Of a DNA stretch of 64,000 nucleotides, positions 13,502-28,900 are shown one piece after another. This stretch comes from Takakia lepidozioides (lineage: Eukaryota > Plantae > Bryophyta). The notes beneath the pieces were generated by a model that ran no database searches, was not told where the DNA came from, and worked only from the letters and a program-made list of their open reading frames with translations. The first letter of the stretch is position 1; each line of letters opens with the position of its first letter. Location: the NCBI GenBank assembly GCA_030704615.1, contig CM060732.1:32798001-32862000 (forward strand), read 5' to 3'. Both the position numbers and the translations under genes were made by a program.

Positions 13502-16498
13502 ATGGCGCAACCCAGAAGCGAGGACCTGGAAGACGGGTTGGAAGACGGGTTGGATCCTCCTCTGCTAGGAAATCAGCCACTTGCTCAGAGTGACGGTTTG
13601 CTATATGCGTGCACAGTGTTGAGCGTTGTGACAGCTTTGGCGGCAGTGCTGTGCATGGTGGTTAACCTTATATCTTTGCTGAGGTCCTTCGATCGTGGTG
13701 TCAATGTATGGGTCTCTCTTCCTCATCTCTCTCTCCTCTCTCCCTTTGGATTTTAGTATGTACACATTTTCAGAGTACCTTATGCCGAAAGTTGAGACTC
13801 TGCTCGCGATTACATCCCGGAACCTGGAACAACTTCCTGGTTCTGTTTTCTCTTTCTAGATGATTCAACGTGCGTATTGCGTTGTTTTCCATTCGATTCT
13901 TTGCTTCCTCCTCACACCTCTCTCTCACTTGTTCTATTACGTGGTCGAATGTCGCTGGATTGTGATCGGATCGGTATAGAGATAATATCCAATTGGCCAG
14001 GATATACCTGCTACGTCTTGTGATTGGTCTAGAGTAGGCTGCAAGGCTGCGGGGCTCCCGTGAGTTATATGCCGTCTTGATATTCCTGTACTACCATCAC
14101 CGGTCCATCTGTGGCTGTAGACCTCTTCCACTTCTCTCTCTTGCTTAGCAGGTTACGCCCGCACAACCTTTTCTTGTGACTGATTTCAATCAACAAAGAG
14201 CATGGCAGGTTTTCGTGGGAATATTGCGCTGTTATGCAGTGGCGATCGCCTTCTTTGTCGCTATTGCTGAGACAGAATGGGAGCCCATTTTCAGGCTGTG
14301 GCGGGTTAGTGCATTTCTGGAGTGCGTTCTTTTCTCAAGTTGGCTCGGGCATATGTTGTCTGGGAACTGAGTTGGCTTAGTGAGAGGTGAGAGTGAAAGA
14401 GAGGGCCTCATAGGGTACCACACCATGTGCCAGCTAGAAGTGGGCAGCACACAACCCACGCCAGTCTGAGGAACCAAAGGGTGTACAGTCACAATGTGGT
14501 ATAAATTATTTTTGGTGGATGTGCAACTTATGAAGCTGGGTAAATTTGCTTCCAGTTGGCAAAGCTTACAACACTCCATCCAATGTTATTCAGCCACGCT
14601 TGGCATGTGAAGACCTGCTCACTTGGCATATTTCATATTGAAAATAGTCGGCAGATTCTCTTGGAAGTCAGAGGGGATTGGTTCGCCTATCCTGTCCATA
14701 CACTGTGAATTGGTCAATAAGCAGATGGGGAGGCAATACTTGTGCACAAACTCATTATCTACAACAGTACTGCAAAATGTAGTTTGTGCAGGACTGTCTT
14801 GTACTCAATTGTGTAGCAAATTCCTCAATGGAGGTTAAAGGAAGATGGGGACCTCCAGCCTGCCAGCAAAGTTTTGAAGAGAAATATTAGTATGGTAGAT
14901 CTACAATTGGATGTCTAAAGAATTTTGATTTTCAAGAATGTTGCCTTTTGCAGGTTCTGGAATACTGGGTTGGGCGTGGCGTACTGCAGATTTTGTACGT
15001 GAAATCAACTGCTTATGCACTCCATGCTATATTTCTCTTTCATGGGCAAGTGAAACAGATAGGAATGTTAGGGTTTTCAAGTGAGCAATATCAAGTAGAT
15101 GATTTTGAGTGCAGACCGTGGTGTGAGCCCCATTGCTTAGCTATCTGAATTAAGACAAGTCCTGTAGGCAGTTGGCATTGGAAATTGTCAAAGCCAACAG
15201 TTTTCTCTCACTTTTCTCAGTGATAAAACACTTGGTGCAGTGTGGCAGTGCTAACAAGGGTTTTAGCAAGATCAAGTGGGGAAAGAAGGTATGAGAGCTT
15301 GCTGCATCAAATAGCGAGCTGGTGGCTACTGGGTTGTGGCACAGTCTACATTGTTGCTGTAAGACGTCATCGCCCGTGTTTGTGTTGAGATTTCTCTTCA
15401 GAGTAGTTTTCTGTTTTCCTGAAACCATTAAGCATCTGCCCAAATGTCAGTGAGGTTTGTGACATGCTCTTCAGTTTCACAATATCTGAAGCTCCACATT
15501 GTCGTGGGGCTGCTGCTCAAATAGAGACCGCAAACCTAGCAGTGGCCGGCCAGTCTGGATGAAATCTTTTTGAGCTTTTTCCTGGCAAGAAGAATCTCCG
15601 ATGGGGGTGCCTCCTCAGTGGAACCTCGAGTGAGCAGTTGGTGGGCCATTTGTAGAATCCTGCACATCTAGGTGTAGAGGCCAGATGTAGCCTCCATTCA
15701 GTGGCCAGCAGTTCTATGATTCTTCCACTTCCCAGATCTGTCTGCTATGCAAACACATGTAGGAAACCAATTTTTCTAATGACATTTGTAGTTGCCCAGT
15801 TCATCTACCTTTCTGTGAGATGAGAGAATGATTCGGAGTGAAGAGCATTTAAGGTTGGGAGGGAGCTAGAGAGAATGTGGGCTTGGGGAAGAATTGGGGC
15901 CTCTCCACACAGAGTTTAAGGGGCTAGCTACCTACTTGTCTTTCTGACAGTCAATCTGAACACATATGAGAGAAGTTGGAAACACACTTTTAGCTGGGAC
16001 GTCCTTGTGTATTGAAGAAGCTTCTCCTATTTGGGGGTGTGTATTTAGGGATTATTATGCATCGGCAACGTAAAGCGAATGCATTTAAAGAAGGTAAAAG
16101 ACCGGGAACAGGCTGTGTTGGACCTCGAGGTAATTGTCCTTTCAAGACCTTTGTATGTTTACCAGACTTCTGTATTTTCCAGAACTCCGATGCTTAGATT
16201 TTGTCCAGTAATTCACCCAACTAGAAAATAGCCAGCTGAATGAGTTGAAGTTTGTGTGCTTGTGAATAGTGAATTTGATCATCTGAATGTCTTCATTTAA
16301 GGACCATCCAATGTAGATGATTGCAGTATGGAAATTGAGTGAACTTCACAACTACATAACCTCATGACATGATTGAAGCAAATTCATGCAAAATGCATGC
16401 ACTCTTCTGAAATGCTTCCTTTGTACATTTTGCAGGAAGTTCATAGACGGAGAGCAGAGCTGGAAGCCATGCTTGGACGACAAGCAGGATCAGCATGA
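13502..16498 (+). CDS. COPI-associated / TVP15-like Golgi membrane protein
   Basis: Exons ~13502-13705, 14209-14304, 14954-14994, 15241-15358, 16049-16129, 16436-16498. Peptides FVGILRCYAVAIAFFVAIAETEW, VLEYWVGRGVLQIF, GLLCIG...REQAVLDLE, RRRAELEAML; several hydrophobic helices. Confidence 0.8.
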
Positions 16499-16699
16499 AA
16501 GGCATTGGATGTGATGACAAGTAATGGCATTTGTTATTCCGGAAATGATCAGTCAAGTATATTACATGGCATTGGATAGAGCAATATACTTCCATCCAGA
16601 ATAAATTTGTTAAGTCAAAATTATGCACTTCCGATACTTTCCGCGGAGCTCAACTTATTATGTTATGAATTGCACTCACGTGAGCAAGAAAAGATTGGC

Positions 16700-17745
16700 T
16701 CGGTAAGGTAACCTCACCCAATCCCGCAACCCACCCAAAACCGTCACCAAAGACATCCAAAGACACAGATGAACCCCACAGTGCCCCTGAACTTGCATTT
16801 GATCGCATGACTAACCATCAACCAGTTCTTTAGGGTAGATGGTACCACCATCATGGCACTCAATGTGAACCCCAGAGAGTGGTCATGGAACTTCAAGAAC
16901 TCCCAGCCATCCTTCTTCCGCGCTTTACTCAAAGCCCCCCAATTGTAAGACAAAATGGAACACATGGTGGGCTAACTCAACTTTGACTCTGAAAAATGGA
17001 ATTCAATATGGGCTAATATATGGAACAAGCAAAGACCTGCCTGCAACAATCCGTGCCTTCTGTGCAGATCACGAACAGGGTCCTTAAAGTGGGCTCATGG
17101 TTAAACTTCACGGATGCTATCCTGTGCAAATGTTGCCACTTAGGGGCCTCAGAAACTGTGGAACAGTGTCTCATTCGCTGTACCATATCTCGCCATATAT
17201 AGAAGCCATTTCGCAGCTTTGGAAACATCGACAGTCCAGTTCGGTTCACCGACTACTAAACTATGAAACGTACCTTCTGTGATTGTCTAGACTTCGCTTT
17301 CGTTGTATCGCTATGTGGAACTTCATGGAAAATCGCAGAGAGTACGAGAGAGAGACAAGTTATTTCTGATGCAAAATCTAGTGACAAGTTGCTTTCAAGT
17401 TGAGGCAAAGAATGCTTGGGTGAAACTTCATGCAGACATATGCAGGGATTCGGAAGCTGAACCTCGACTAGTCTAGTCGGACATTCCAAAGCTCCTTGGG
17501 GAGGCAGGTATCTTATGCAGCTTCGCTTCGGCAGCACAATGTCAATGGTCCACGCATCCCCCTCTCGACTGGCACGGGATTCAGGTCCCGCTTCTCTAAC
17601 CCTCTCGAAATTGAGAGCGAGGTGAATTGGAAAATCCTCAACGGAACAAGTTCTACTCGGCTGAGCTGAGATCGCCCCTTGGGGTTTTATTTTTTCCCCT
17701 TAATACATTTATGAGGGCTTCCATCCCCTCTTGTGAGAAAAAAGA
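16700..17745 (+). mobile_element. Degenerate 3' fragment of an L1-like LINE
   Basis: Trp-rich stretch (IWANIWN) followed by a zf-RVT-like CKCCHLGASETVEQCLIRC (~17125-17182); A-rich end near 17737. Confidence 0.6.
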
Positions 17746-18441
17746 GAACTCTTGTAAGAAAGCTGTTTCTATGTAAGGCTTAAGAATTACCTTACACATC
17801 AGTACTTAGCACCACTGATTTCCCATACCAGAGGAAATAGCTGTACAAGCTAATAAGAATAACAAAAGGGTCTGCCAATAGCAAATTTCTGTAGACATCA
17901 GCTAGCAAAAAGTCACCATGAGAACTGTAACCTGTTCACAGATACTGTCCACTCAATGACAATGATGCAAGCTTCGTGGTACAGGAAGAGGGTCCCAATG
18001 TATGAGAGAGGAGCAAAAAGGTACCCATTGCAGGGCCCATGAGTAATCCAGTTTATAATTGACATTGAACTATCTTCTTGAACGAAAGGTGTGTGTTACC
18101 ACCCATTGGTGGGCCTTATCATACTTCTGACCCATAAGACACACAGTTGACAAATTACCACGTTCATCAAGTTGCCCGAAGTTCTCCTCAATACGCCTTG
18201 CAACTTTCTGACTCTCACGGTGAACTGGGTTAAGGCCTCGGTGCAATTTGGGACTAAGTATCCACACAAGCACCAGGCAATCCACTTGAGGGGTAAGATG
18301 CTTCAGATATGAACACTCCAGCTACACTCCACAGATGAGATTGCAGGGAAGATCACAAAATGAACCCTTACTAAGTGGGTTCTTGCAAATGAAATACCAC
18401 TCATTAGGCTACAGCAAAAAGACATAACCAAACAACCGGAA

Positions 18442-21400
18442 CTATTGGGTTTGCCCAACCCCCATCTCATGCAAGTACTCCACAAACTCATCAATCAAAT
18501 ATGGCCACGCTCCTTCAGCATCGTAGTTTGACGCCGATGGATCTATTGTCTGTACCACAACAACAAGAGCAATGCTAGCAGTTCAGTACAGTGAAAATAT
18601 GCTACACTGCCAGTTCTTAGAGTGGGATTGCTGCAGGCAATCAGTATGTAGTCCGGACTAGAGGCATTGCAAACAGGAATTTTTTGTCAAGCACACTGAA
18701 CTCTCTTTGAGAACCAAGTTCCAAGAGCAAACTAGAAGATGAAAGGTCGATCCAGCTGAGACCAGAGAACCGGATCACCTCTTTGGACTGTAAGTGCTCA
18801 ATTTATAGGTCATAAACGGCCCACCACTCGGGTGATAAGGGCACACATCCTAATACTTATTGAAGTAGTGGATTATCTATCTGCTATTGACACCCCCACT
18901 TGAAATTGGGTAGACCAGCAGTGTTTCTGGCTTAACTCTGAGCAAGGATGACTATGGAAATGAGTACTCAATGTCATGACCATCAGGAAATTCATCGCTG
19001 CTGCAAAGATGTTCTTGTTCTTGCAAAGATGTTATTGCTGTCAGATCCAACGCAAAATGTAAAACAGGAAAAGAATGAGCCTCACTGGCACTTACCCTGG
19101 AGAACTCCAGAAGCTGTGACCATGTATCTTTTGAAATTGCCTTGTTGTGCTTAGCCTGCAACAGCAGCTCCCAAAATGAGAATTTGAAATACTAACGTCA
19201 AAAATTCCTGAGACACCATCTACATGACATGATCTGAACAGCCAAAAGCAAGAGCATCTGCACTGTTCATCTTTAAGTACCTTGATGGCTTCACAACAAT
19301 AACAAGTTCTCCATAAGAGGCTTACTTGTAAAAACTGGCACCAGTATTCTACAAGGGGCCATGCTCGCTCCGCAAACATAAGCCGCCACATTCCCAAAGC
19401 TGTATCCAATGCCAATGATTTCTGTCCCTGCAAATGTTGTGACATTTCCTATCCACTGCTGTAATGTTGAGGACAGTGCTGCAATAATAATACACCACAT
19501 CTGCTTATCCAAACATATACAAGAAATGACACTGACAACTTTTGACATCAATTTAATTTGCAAAGTTAGTTACAATAGATTAATGCTTATATAGAAGACA
19601 ATCAGATTTTCATTATGACTGAGCATATCAGAGTGAATGAAAGTTTCTTTAGTATTGTTGACATGAAGGAATGTGCATCCACAGAAACAAATGCTTCAAG
19701 GCACAGGCTCCGATTGGGAACAATGGTGCAGATTGGAAAGTAAAAACCTGAGAACCTAATAGGATTGATACTTCTGATTAACATGAGGCCACCAGTGTTT
19801 GAACATGGGTTTTACTTACTAGAGTAACTTAATTGCTACCAGATGCAAAACATGCTTTTACCTCCTAGTGTAAGCTCAATTGAAGTTCCCATCTTTCCTA
19901 TTTTGAAGCCACAAGCATAAATGCTGGCTAGACTTCTGTTGCAAATAAATATAGGAAGCCAGCACCAAACTTAGTATTTGTAGGGCAAGCACTCAGTCTA
20001 TGTAGCCAAGAGGAAGGTTAACAAACCTTCTCTTTTGCCCAACCAAAAGCAAAGTTGTATATTTCTCGAAACTTATCTGCAATGCCAGATAATCACAAAG
20101 CCAGTCAGCACATTATCCACAACTCATCACATCGCAGAAGACCTCAAAACAAAAATGCATGTACACTGCAAAAATATCTACTTGACTTGCAAACATCCAC
20201 ACCAGGTGAGCTCTTCACAATATCTAATGTCCTGACAAGGTTCAAACACACTCCAAACACATATTTCGCGCGGAAGTGAAATACAGTGTGCACCTGCACC
20301 TTCTACAGTGAACACTAACTGTCTCTTTCCTACCTGCCTCACAACAACAAATCAAGAGTATCTTGCTGGAAGAGGCCAGTTGGCAAGTCGGGACAGGGAA
20401 AATTGCTACTTGTTGTGTGCATTGGCCACGGTTCTGGTTTCTCTTACCAAAAAAAATTTGTTTTAAAATTATTTTCCAACCATCCTCTTCTGGTGGTTTC
20501 TTATTTCTTCTACAGAAGGCTACATTTAAGAGGTGGTTGCCATACGTTCATCTTTCAGCTCTGAACGTAAAGAAGGCAGCTGATACTTGAGCTTGTCAAT
20601 TGAATCTACCCTGCCACCAACCCATACTTCCAATTGTCAGTAGCTAGAAAGAGCAACATGTCATCTGACTTGCCAAGAGTTAATAATGTAACCAATAAAT
20701 TTTGGTATCAAGATGGGGAGGCCCAGCACCAACAAGCTCAAACAGGATGTTCTTTACTTCAAAAAAGACGCAAGAATACCAACAGATATGATTGAGGAGA
20801 CTTTGCATAGGACTTTAGAGACTTCTTGCACTATGAAATTGCATCCTGGAACACGAGTCCCAAAGCTGAAGCTGTATGTCGGCACAGAATTTAGAATCGC
20901 CAAAAGGTGTGATGAATCTGTACACAGGTTTCTAAAACTAATCAAGCTCCATCAGGCATTCCAAGCCTCCCACAACTGTGCAATCTTTAACTTGTTGACT
21001 AATTCCCAGCACCCCGGCATAATTGCTGAAAGCAATGCCAAATAAGAATTGGAACAAAACCTCAAGGCTTCTAGTATAGTAAGATACTCACTGGAAGTCT
21101 ACACTGATGACCAGTTGAATGTTCCACCAGTACAACTTCACTCACCCCAATGATTGTAGGCCTCCAATGAACTCCTGTCGTGAGAATTCACACATGGTTG
21201 CTGCTTTCATATGCCAGGAAATGACCAACTGCAGGTTTCAATCCACAATACAGGAGCAACAGATTTAAGTGTGCACAAGGAGGACAATTTTCGAGCAAAG
21301 TCTACTCTAGCTTTGTGTTTGCTCTTGAATGAAATTGAATCATCCACCTCGTAACTACTTTACCAGACTCTAAGCAACTTCAGTAACTCATTCATGTGGT

Positions 21401-23153
21401 ATTACCTCAAACAGAATCAACAAAACCATGGAGAAGACCAGAAAAGCTGCACACAATATATATGCAGCAACATGATCCTTACTGCAGCACATTGACCGCC
21501 TGGGTTTCTTTAAAGCTTTGTGAGACGATCAGCCCTCCCACATCACCCAGTCGACAATTGCTACCAAAGAGAAGGCTCATGTTTAAACGTAAGAGAGGTC
21601 AAAGAAGAACACTCACCATAACAACATCTCCAGGGTCTACCTGTGGTGAAGGAGTAAACCACATGTAAAACAGGCAACCAACAGTGATCAGTCAAGGCTG
21701 TCCTCAACTTGAAAAATTGCAATAATTAAGTATGGGCCAAAATTTAATGTGTATCTTGTTGAACTCAGTCACAAGTCTAAACATGGCCATTCACCTATTC
21801 CCTCCACAACGTTAGCCATGAATAGTGCAGAGATCATTAAGTTTGCCACTTTGGTTAGAGGCTCAACCTTCCTCACTGCCCTCCCCTTATCAGTGCCCTC
21901 AACGGTCGAATGTCTAGCACACGGGTAGAAAGGAGGTCGAAGGTTTTGAACATCCCCATGAGAATACATTGTCACATAACTCCTGCATCGATTGTTACTT
22001 TCCTTACAAGAGTCCCAGCCTTCAAGCAGAATATTAACTGCAAGCTACGGTACAAGGAAACCCAACCCGCTCTTTCCTGCTTCCCAGCAATGCTATTTTA
22101 AGTGCACAACTGAGAAACATGGTGAACTTTTGCCAGATTGATGACAGGTGGTTAAGCACAATCTTTGAGAGTGTGTAGCTATCGAGGAAATAAGGGAGAG
22201 GAGTCACGAAACAGGTAAGACGTTGGCTAACCTGCAAGTCATCACAGAATAATGAAACCCCGTCTACCAATATCATGTCCGAATATTGATCTGCGCGTCA
22301 AACACACCCATCCAGCAATCCCAGACTTAAGGCTTTGAGCAGACACTCTACAAGATGCCAAGAAAAGATAATAGCAAAATACACCCAGAAGACTTTCTGA
22401 GGCTGACCGTCGCTCCCAACTGCCGGCATATTAGGCCTCACGATGCACAACCAGCTGCAGCTGCCCCACCTCCGGCTAGGTTCAGAGTGTGCACAACAGG
22501 AAGAGTTATAATAACTCAACCTGCCTTAGACAGACACTTTCTAACAGCTATCCCATGAAGCCACTATAACTTTGTACTTTCCCCGATCAGTAAATCACAC
22601 GGCCTCATCTCTCCTATCCCGTTGGTATGCAAAGGTGAGGATTGTGTAAGGACACCAAATTGTGACTGTGGGGGCTAATTGGATGGTGCCACTAACCTTT
22701 ATACCGCAGATACAGCTCTTCAAGGTAGCGGGGGTCTGTTGTGGGTCTAGGTGGAGGCTGGTTGTAGAAAAACTCAAAAGCACCTTCCAAGTTCCAATCG
22801 CTGGCCTTTAGAGCTGCTAATGCCACTTTTTCACTGCAGTCACAAGAGCTTTAAATAAGCTGAGGACTAAGATTTTCACAACCCTAGTAGGTCTAGGAAA
22901 GGAACTCACATCTGCCAGTTGCAAGCAAGTCTGGAACTAGGCATTTCTTCCCACTGATTAGATGGAGGACACCTTAATGCTTGTCACATCTGTTCTGACA
23001 CCCAGACCAAGAAAAGAGGAGAAGAGGAAAGATGGAGGAGAGGCCATATAGATTCATTAGAAGAGCAGGAAAGATAATGGACAACAGTACTTTGACCCTG
23101 CAATTGTCATGAATTGCTGGACTTTGTCCCGATGAGCCCGGCCAAGCTTATTC
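18442..23153 (-). CDS. DCN1: DCN1-like protein (defective in cullin neddylation; UBA-like + PONY domain); ATG exon not pinned down
   Basis: Exon peptides [19 protein letters not shown] (~23153-23097), [128 protein letters not shown]; stop at 18442. Confidence 0.92.
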
Positions 23154-24666
23154 TGCAGGAAAGCACAGTAAACAAAATCATGTAAACAGACATACACTAC
23201 CTCCCCCGAAATGTGCCTAGCCATCCGAATTTGGAACTAGATTTCCAGATTCATAAATTCGCAAATACATGTCCCGGAAGCTGAGGAGAATGTTACAAAT
23301 CAAAACATTAGCTACAAGAATTTCCAACTAAAATATGATTCTCGATCGGGTTCATCACAGAAAAAACGCCCATGTAGGTATTTCCCAGGCTTCGTTAAGG
23401 GGCTTCAGGTAGAATACAACCCATGGACCTTGTGGGACAAATTGGGTCCCTTGTGTGTGTGTGTGTATGTGAGAGAGAGAGTAGGCTGTTTGAAGCACTG
23501 TAGTTTCAGTCGAAACCCAAATGAAAGCACCAATATGAAGGACTTCATCAGGACTATTATTCTAGAGATCTCTTCAGTGAACTGCAAGCCCCACCTCCAG
23601 TTGGTCCTTTTCTGCAATTGAAGAACTCAAGACGTAGTTTCACCTCCAAGATTGGAAACATTCTTCCAACTTGACCGAGTGCTCACAAGTTAACTTCATC
23701 TACCTTGCCATGGGTAGGGTTCTCTATATATACATATGGACGACGATAAGAATATTCGTCTGTCATATCTTAGGCGAGATCACCATTGCATGCATCAGCT
23801 TACATGAACTGATACTGCTTCCGAGGCCAAGGCACACTCTTGATAGGGGGGGGCTGTGTTTCTCGCAGTTCAAATCTCCATGATTTCGAAGTGACAAACC
23901 CAATATTGAAAAAAGATGTTTAATGAATCTCATAAACCACAACAACACCTCTTGCAGCAATGTCATGGCACTGCCTCCGCACTTAAAACAGACACGTGAA
24001 GTCACACACGTGATTTTCCAGTCTCCCCACATGCCATTCCGAGCGCTCAAGATTGCGAAAGACAACAATTATTTCAGGAATGACAAACTTCACATGCCAC
24101 CCTGCAAATGCAAACATTGCCACGCAGTCACAAGAGAGAAAGGACACAAACCATCATGGACGTCGTAGGATGCTGGCAGGCTTCTCAAATCGACCCCAAA
24201 CTTTCAGCACAGCATCTACCATACAACGATATTGAGCGAGACTGGGCCACTAAAAGCCGAACGCCCCACTCTACAACAGCCACATGCGCACCGCAGAGGT
24301 TGCAATGCCGTTGCCACCTGCCTGTCCAAACTCCAGCTACATCACAACCCAGTCACGTAACTCGCCACTGCCTCTGCGACTTTTAGCCAGCTCCTGAAGC
24401 GGTCACAGAGTCCCCCACATCAAAAAGCCTAGTTTTCAAGCTGCATATCCTCCCTCTGCACGTTCCTGGCCTGCCCGTGCAGATCACAACCAAGCCCTAG
24501 TTTTCCAAATCGTAAAAGCTCTTGACTTTCCGAAGCAGGACGGCTCCCTTCGGCGGATCGAACAATCCACAGCCTCCTGTCTTGCAAATCCTCCTCTGTG
24601 GCTTCCGCCCCAGCCCCTGGGAAGCTTCTTAAGCGCCCCAGCAGACCAAAAGTTGGATGCACAAGC

Positions 24667-24682
24667 GAGAGAGAGAGAGGGC

Positions 24683-24723
<41 letters not shown>
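24667..24723. repeat. (GA)n microsatellite, probably in the DCN1 5' region
   Basis: Directly visible. Confidence 0.9.
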
Positions 24724-24726
<3 letters not shown>

Positions 24727-25926
24727 AGGAAGTGCAGAGGAAGAGGGGAGGTAATTAATAAGAGTAACAAAACTCTCTCTCTCTTCCTTCGTCTTCTCCA
24801 CGTTTTTGAGTTCTGTTGGAAAACTGCAAAAATCATAAATTAAATAGTTTGTTTATATTTTACTTTTTAAGAAGAGATGATAATACTAATGACAAATCGT
24901 AATACTAAAAATATAAAAATAAAAAACTTGATGATTATTATTTAATTTCTGCGTTTTTGTTTTGGCGAATTTTCGCCAAATGGCGACCTCAAAAATATGA
25001 TTAAAAGGGCCTCCGTCCCATTTCCAGAAACAATAAAAAAAAAACAATACAATAAAATAGAATAGTCTGTCGCGGATTCGGGCCTGTTTTTTAATGGATG
25101 AAATCACCAAATTTCTCCAAAAAACTTATGGATGAATTATCCAAATATAGATGATATAAATGGATTAAAGTACGGATGTGGATGATTCTATCCTAATTTT
25201 AATGGATGAACAGAATGTATGCCTATTTTTGGCAAAACTCTGTAGCCACTCGTGCTATTTTCCGAATCTAAAAAACAAAAAACGCTCGACTCACCAACAC
25301 CAAAAACAAAAATTCTTGTCACAAAAGTCGATCCAGGCCATCAAAGTTATAAATCTCAACGGCACAGAAAATCAAGAGCTCGTATTGGATCCGTCCAAAT
25401 CGTTCGGCGTACGACATAACTTATTTTCTACCATTTTTTTAATTTTCTTTTCATTCTGTTCCACTATTGAGTGCCACCCAGGTGGTTTAGGGCTCAAATC
25501 CTTAACCCGACACATTTCCACCACTATGTGTTTCTGAAGGTGAAGTTTTTCCCTCTTTCGGAATTGTCAGGCGTCGCTCATACGGTTCAAATTTTCATTT
25601 TTCTGGTCAGCCTCCTTGTTGCCAGAGGTCCTTCGTTTAATAATTTTTCGAAGGCAACAAAAAGAGTTTCATTCGTCATTGGAAATGGAAAATACCAGGC
25701 TTTCATCCAGTTTCCACACGCAGATAGTCTTGCATATATTTGGTAATGAGAACAAATAATGAAGGAAATCAAAACAAAAAGAGTAACTAATGAAATAAAT
25801 ACGTAATATGTATACTCGTTTACTTACCCCCTTCCACCTTCTCAGCTGATTTTAGGGTTTCTGGGGCCAGGTTTTGGAGAGTGCAACGAAAGCTTCTCGG
25901 CGAGCAATCCAGCAGCACCTTGGAGC

Positions 25927-28900
25927 ATGGCGGAAGCAGTGGCCCTCGAGTTGTTGGAATTCCTGAATGCATCCCCGACTCCCTTTCATGCCGTTCGTAT
26001 GTCTCACGAGCTCTTCTTTGGGTTAATTACAGAGTATTCGCAAAATAGACCCTAGAGGCATTTAGCTGGTGTTCGGAGTTGCAGATTGGTTGTTTCTCAT
26101 CCCTGGAGTTCTTAAGTGAAGTGAAAGCTTAAAGATCTGACTTGGACAACCAACTTTATGAAGGTTCTGTCACCAATGCATCTCTTAACCTCGTTCTTAC
26201 GGAAGTTCAAGTGCTGCACATCTGAGTGTTCCAGTGACATTGCCTAGCCTGCGGAATTTGGGTATGAAATGTTTGCGAGGAGACATCGTAAACCGTGAGT
26301 CACTGAGTAGAATCGGGCTCCAATTGTCCTTTCATCCCAAGACGTAAAGCTGACCTTTTGAGAATCTGATCAACAGTCGGTACCTCTGCAGCTACATCAC
26401 TACCCATGGCGATGGCTTCATGATCTGTCTGACCTGACTATCTGTTTCAGGGGACTTGGTCATTGCTCAGAATCTAATGACCATCGGATTTGGTAGTGTT
26501 CAAGGGTCTATTGGAGTTTGGGTGGTAAAATGTGCCGCTCCAGGACTTCGTATTCAAAGTTTTAGATTAATCAAACACGATTCCAACACGATTACAACAC
26601 GATTCCAAATATGAAACTCAGACTTCTGCTGGGACATTTCTTTCTGCAGGAACTCCTCCTCTTTACAATATTAATGTCTGGAGGCAAAGCAAAGAATTCT
26701 CAACAAGAAAAATATTTGCTACAAGAGTATCATATTCATGAGGACCTCATTGCTATTGCTGTGTAACTTTCCCTGCTGAAACCGTCTATGTCACGATTTC
26801 AAGCTAAAGCTTATGCTTGTGATTGTTCACAGAGGAGGCCAAAAGTAGGCTGTATAAAGCAGGCTATCAGCAACTTTCAGAGAGGGAACTGTGGAATTTG
26901 GAAAGAGGGGGCAAATACTTTTTTACACGCAACTTCTCCACAATTGTCGCATTTGCAGTCGGGAAAAGGTGGATTTTCCTAGCATCCAAGACTCCCTCAC
27001 TGTTCCTGCTTTCTATGTACACTATGAATCTTCACCCTTACCATCAGGGGTGGTGGCTACATCTAATTTGGCATTGACTACCAAGGACAAGCACTTGGAA
27101 TGTCTTGGAGGCTAAGTAAGGCTTTACAGGGGAGTTGTGTCATAGGGCTTCAGGTGTTAGGCTGAGTGTGACATTCTGAAGCTGGACATGTCTTAGGTCA
27201 GGCTGACATACCAAGCATCATTCAAGGACTGGTGTAGTATAATTTACTGTGTTTGTGCAGATATACACCTGGAAATGGCTTTCTCGTTATCGGTGCTCAT
27301 ACTGATAGTCCCTGCCCCAAGCTAAAGCCTATGTCGAAGGTAACATACTCATTTTAATAGGATGCGTTGTTGCTCTCATCTTGTCATTTGAGTGGAGACT
27401 CTGGTCTTATGAAGGTTTCTGCTGTCCATTCTGTGGTTTGGGATATGAGCCTATATACTGGGGTCATGAATTACTAGGGATTTGAGATAGGTGCTCATTA
27501 GGCTTCCACTTGCTGTAACTTCTGGCCATTGACCAGAGGTGAGGATAGATCAATGGTCAGGTGAAAACAGTTTGAACATGCGTGGCAGAGTCTTCCATGC
27601 AGGTGACGAAAGGGGGCTTCTTGGAGGTAGGGGTGCAAACTTACGGAGGGGGATTGTGGCACACATGGTTTGACCGAGATTTGACCATTGCGGGTCGGGT
27701 GTTGCTCAAGTGCGCAGTGGGAGGAGACTCACAACAAAAGGCTTTATCCCATAAGCTTGTCAGAATCCAACAACCCATCATCCGCATACCGACATTGGCG
27801 ATACATCTTGATAGGTACACATGTCCCCCTACCCCTCATTTCTTCTTCCTCGGGGCAGTATAGTACCTCCCTTGTAGCTGATGACATTCCCACAATTGTG
27901 GAAGTTTATGTCTTAGTTTACTTGCTTCGAATCTCAATTGGGGCACTGTGCATGCACCTCATGAGACTTGTGGGGCATTATGAGGTTCATTTCCTGGGTG
28001 AATGTTTTGGTACCAAAGTGTTGGGATTGAAGATTGAAATGCACCTAAAGCTTTTCTCATTTTTCTGCACGACTACTGTCAGTCAAATTTCTTGCCTTCT
28101 ATGATTTTCTATCTTTGATTCACTTTGATTCTCTAGGGTACCTACTGTTCCAGTTGATGTGTGGAACTTTGCCTTTTCTTTCTTTTAGTGTTTCTGGACA
28201 TGCTAAAAAGACTTGTTTTGTGATTCAGAAATGTGAATGATGGGTTCAAAGTCAACACACAGACACATCTTGCGCCTCTTCTGGCCTCAGTTATCAAAGT
28301 CGGTTGTTTCCTTCAAGGACTTTTGTTTTTGGCTTGGATATGACTCTTTAGTGGGGCTGTTTGTTGTGATGTCTATTGTATGAACCAAGCTGTTTTAGAA
28401 GAGGGTACATTTCAGAAACACTGGATATAGCTGGAAATCAATATTCCAGGAAATTGCTGTTCACAGATATTTAAGGATCTAGAAGTATGATGGACAGCCC
28501 TTTCAGGCCCACGACCTCATTGACTAAAAACTTTATGGGGCTGTATCATCTGTCACCCTGTTTGCTAGGGTTTGTTTTTACTTTTTGGTTCTCTTGGTCA
28601 CTCTTGGTGACAATGAGGCTTGCGCATCAGAACAATTTCAAGGTGATAAATTAGAATCAAACTCCGAAGCTATTAGACTGGCAACTCGTAGGAAATTGAG
28701 TGTGCTAATGGGTGGCCTGATAAATTGCAGGCTGAAGTTAGCAGGCCTGCTGCACCCGATAGGGATGTTGCTTCAGACGGAGAGGTACAGCAAGGAGCCT
28801 TGCCCTACAAAGCCAAGCAGGTGAAAGAACAGGACGCCGAGGTTATTCGCCATCACCCTCTTCTCTTGCAGGCAAGTCTCTAAGCTCCAGGCTTTTGTTA

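Noticed and set aside
24840-25800. AT-rich segment with short palindromes between the divergent genes
   Set aside because: Possibly a non-autonomous DNA element, but no clear TIR or TSD could be defined.
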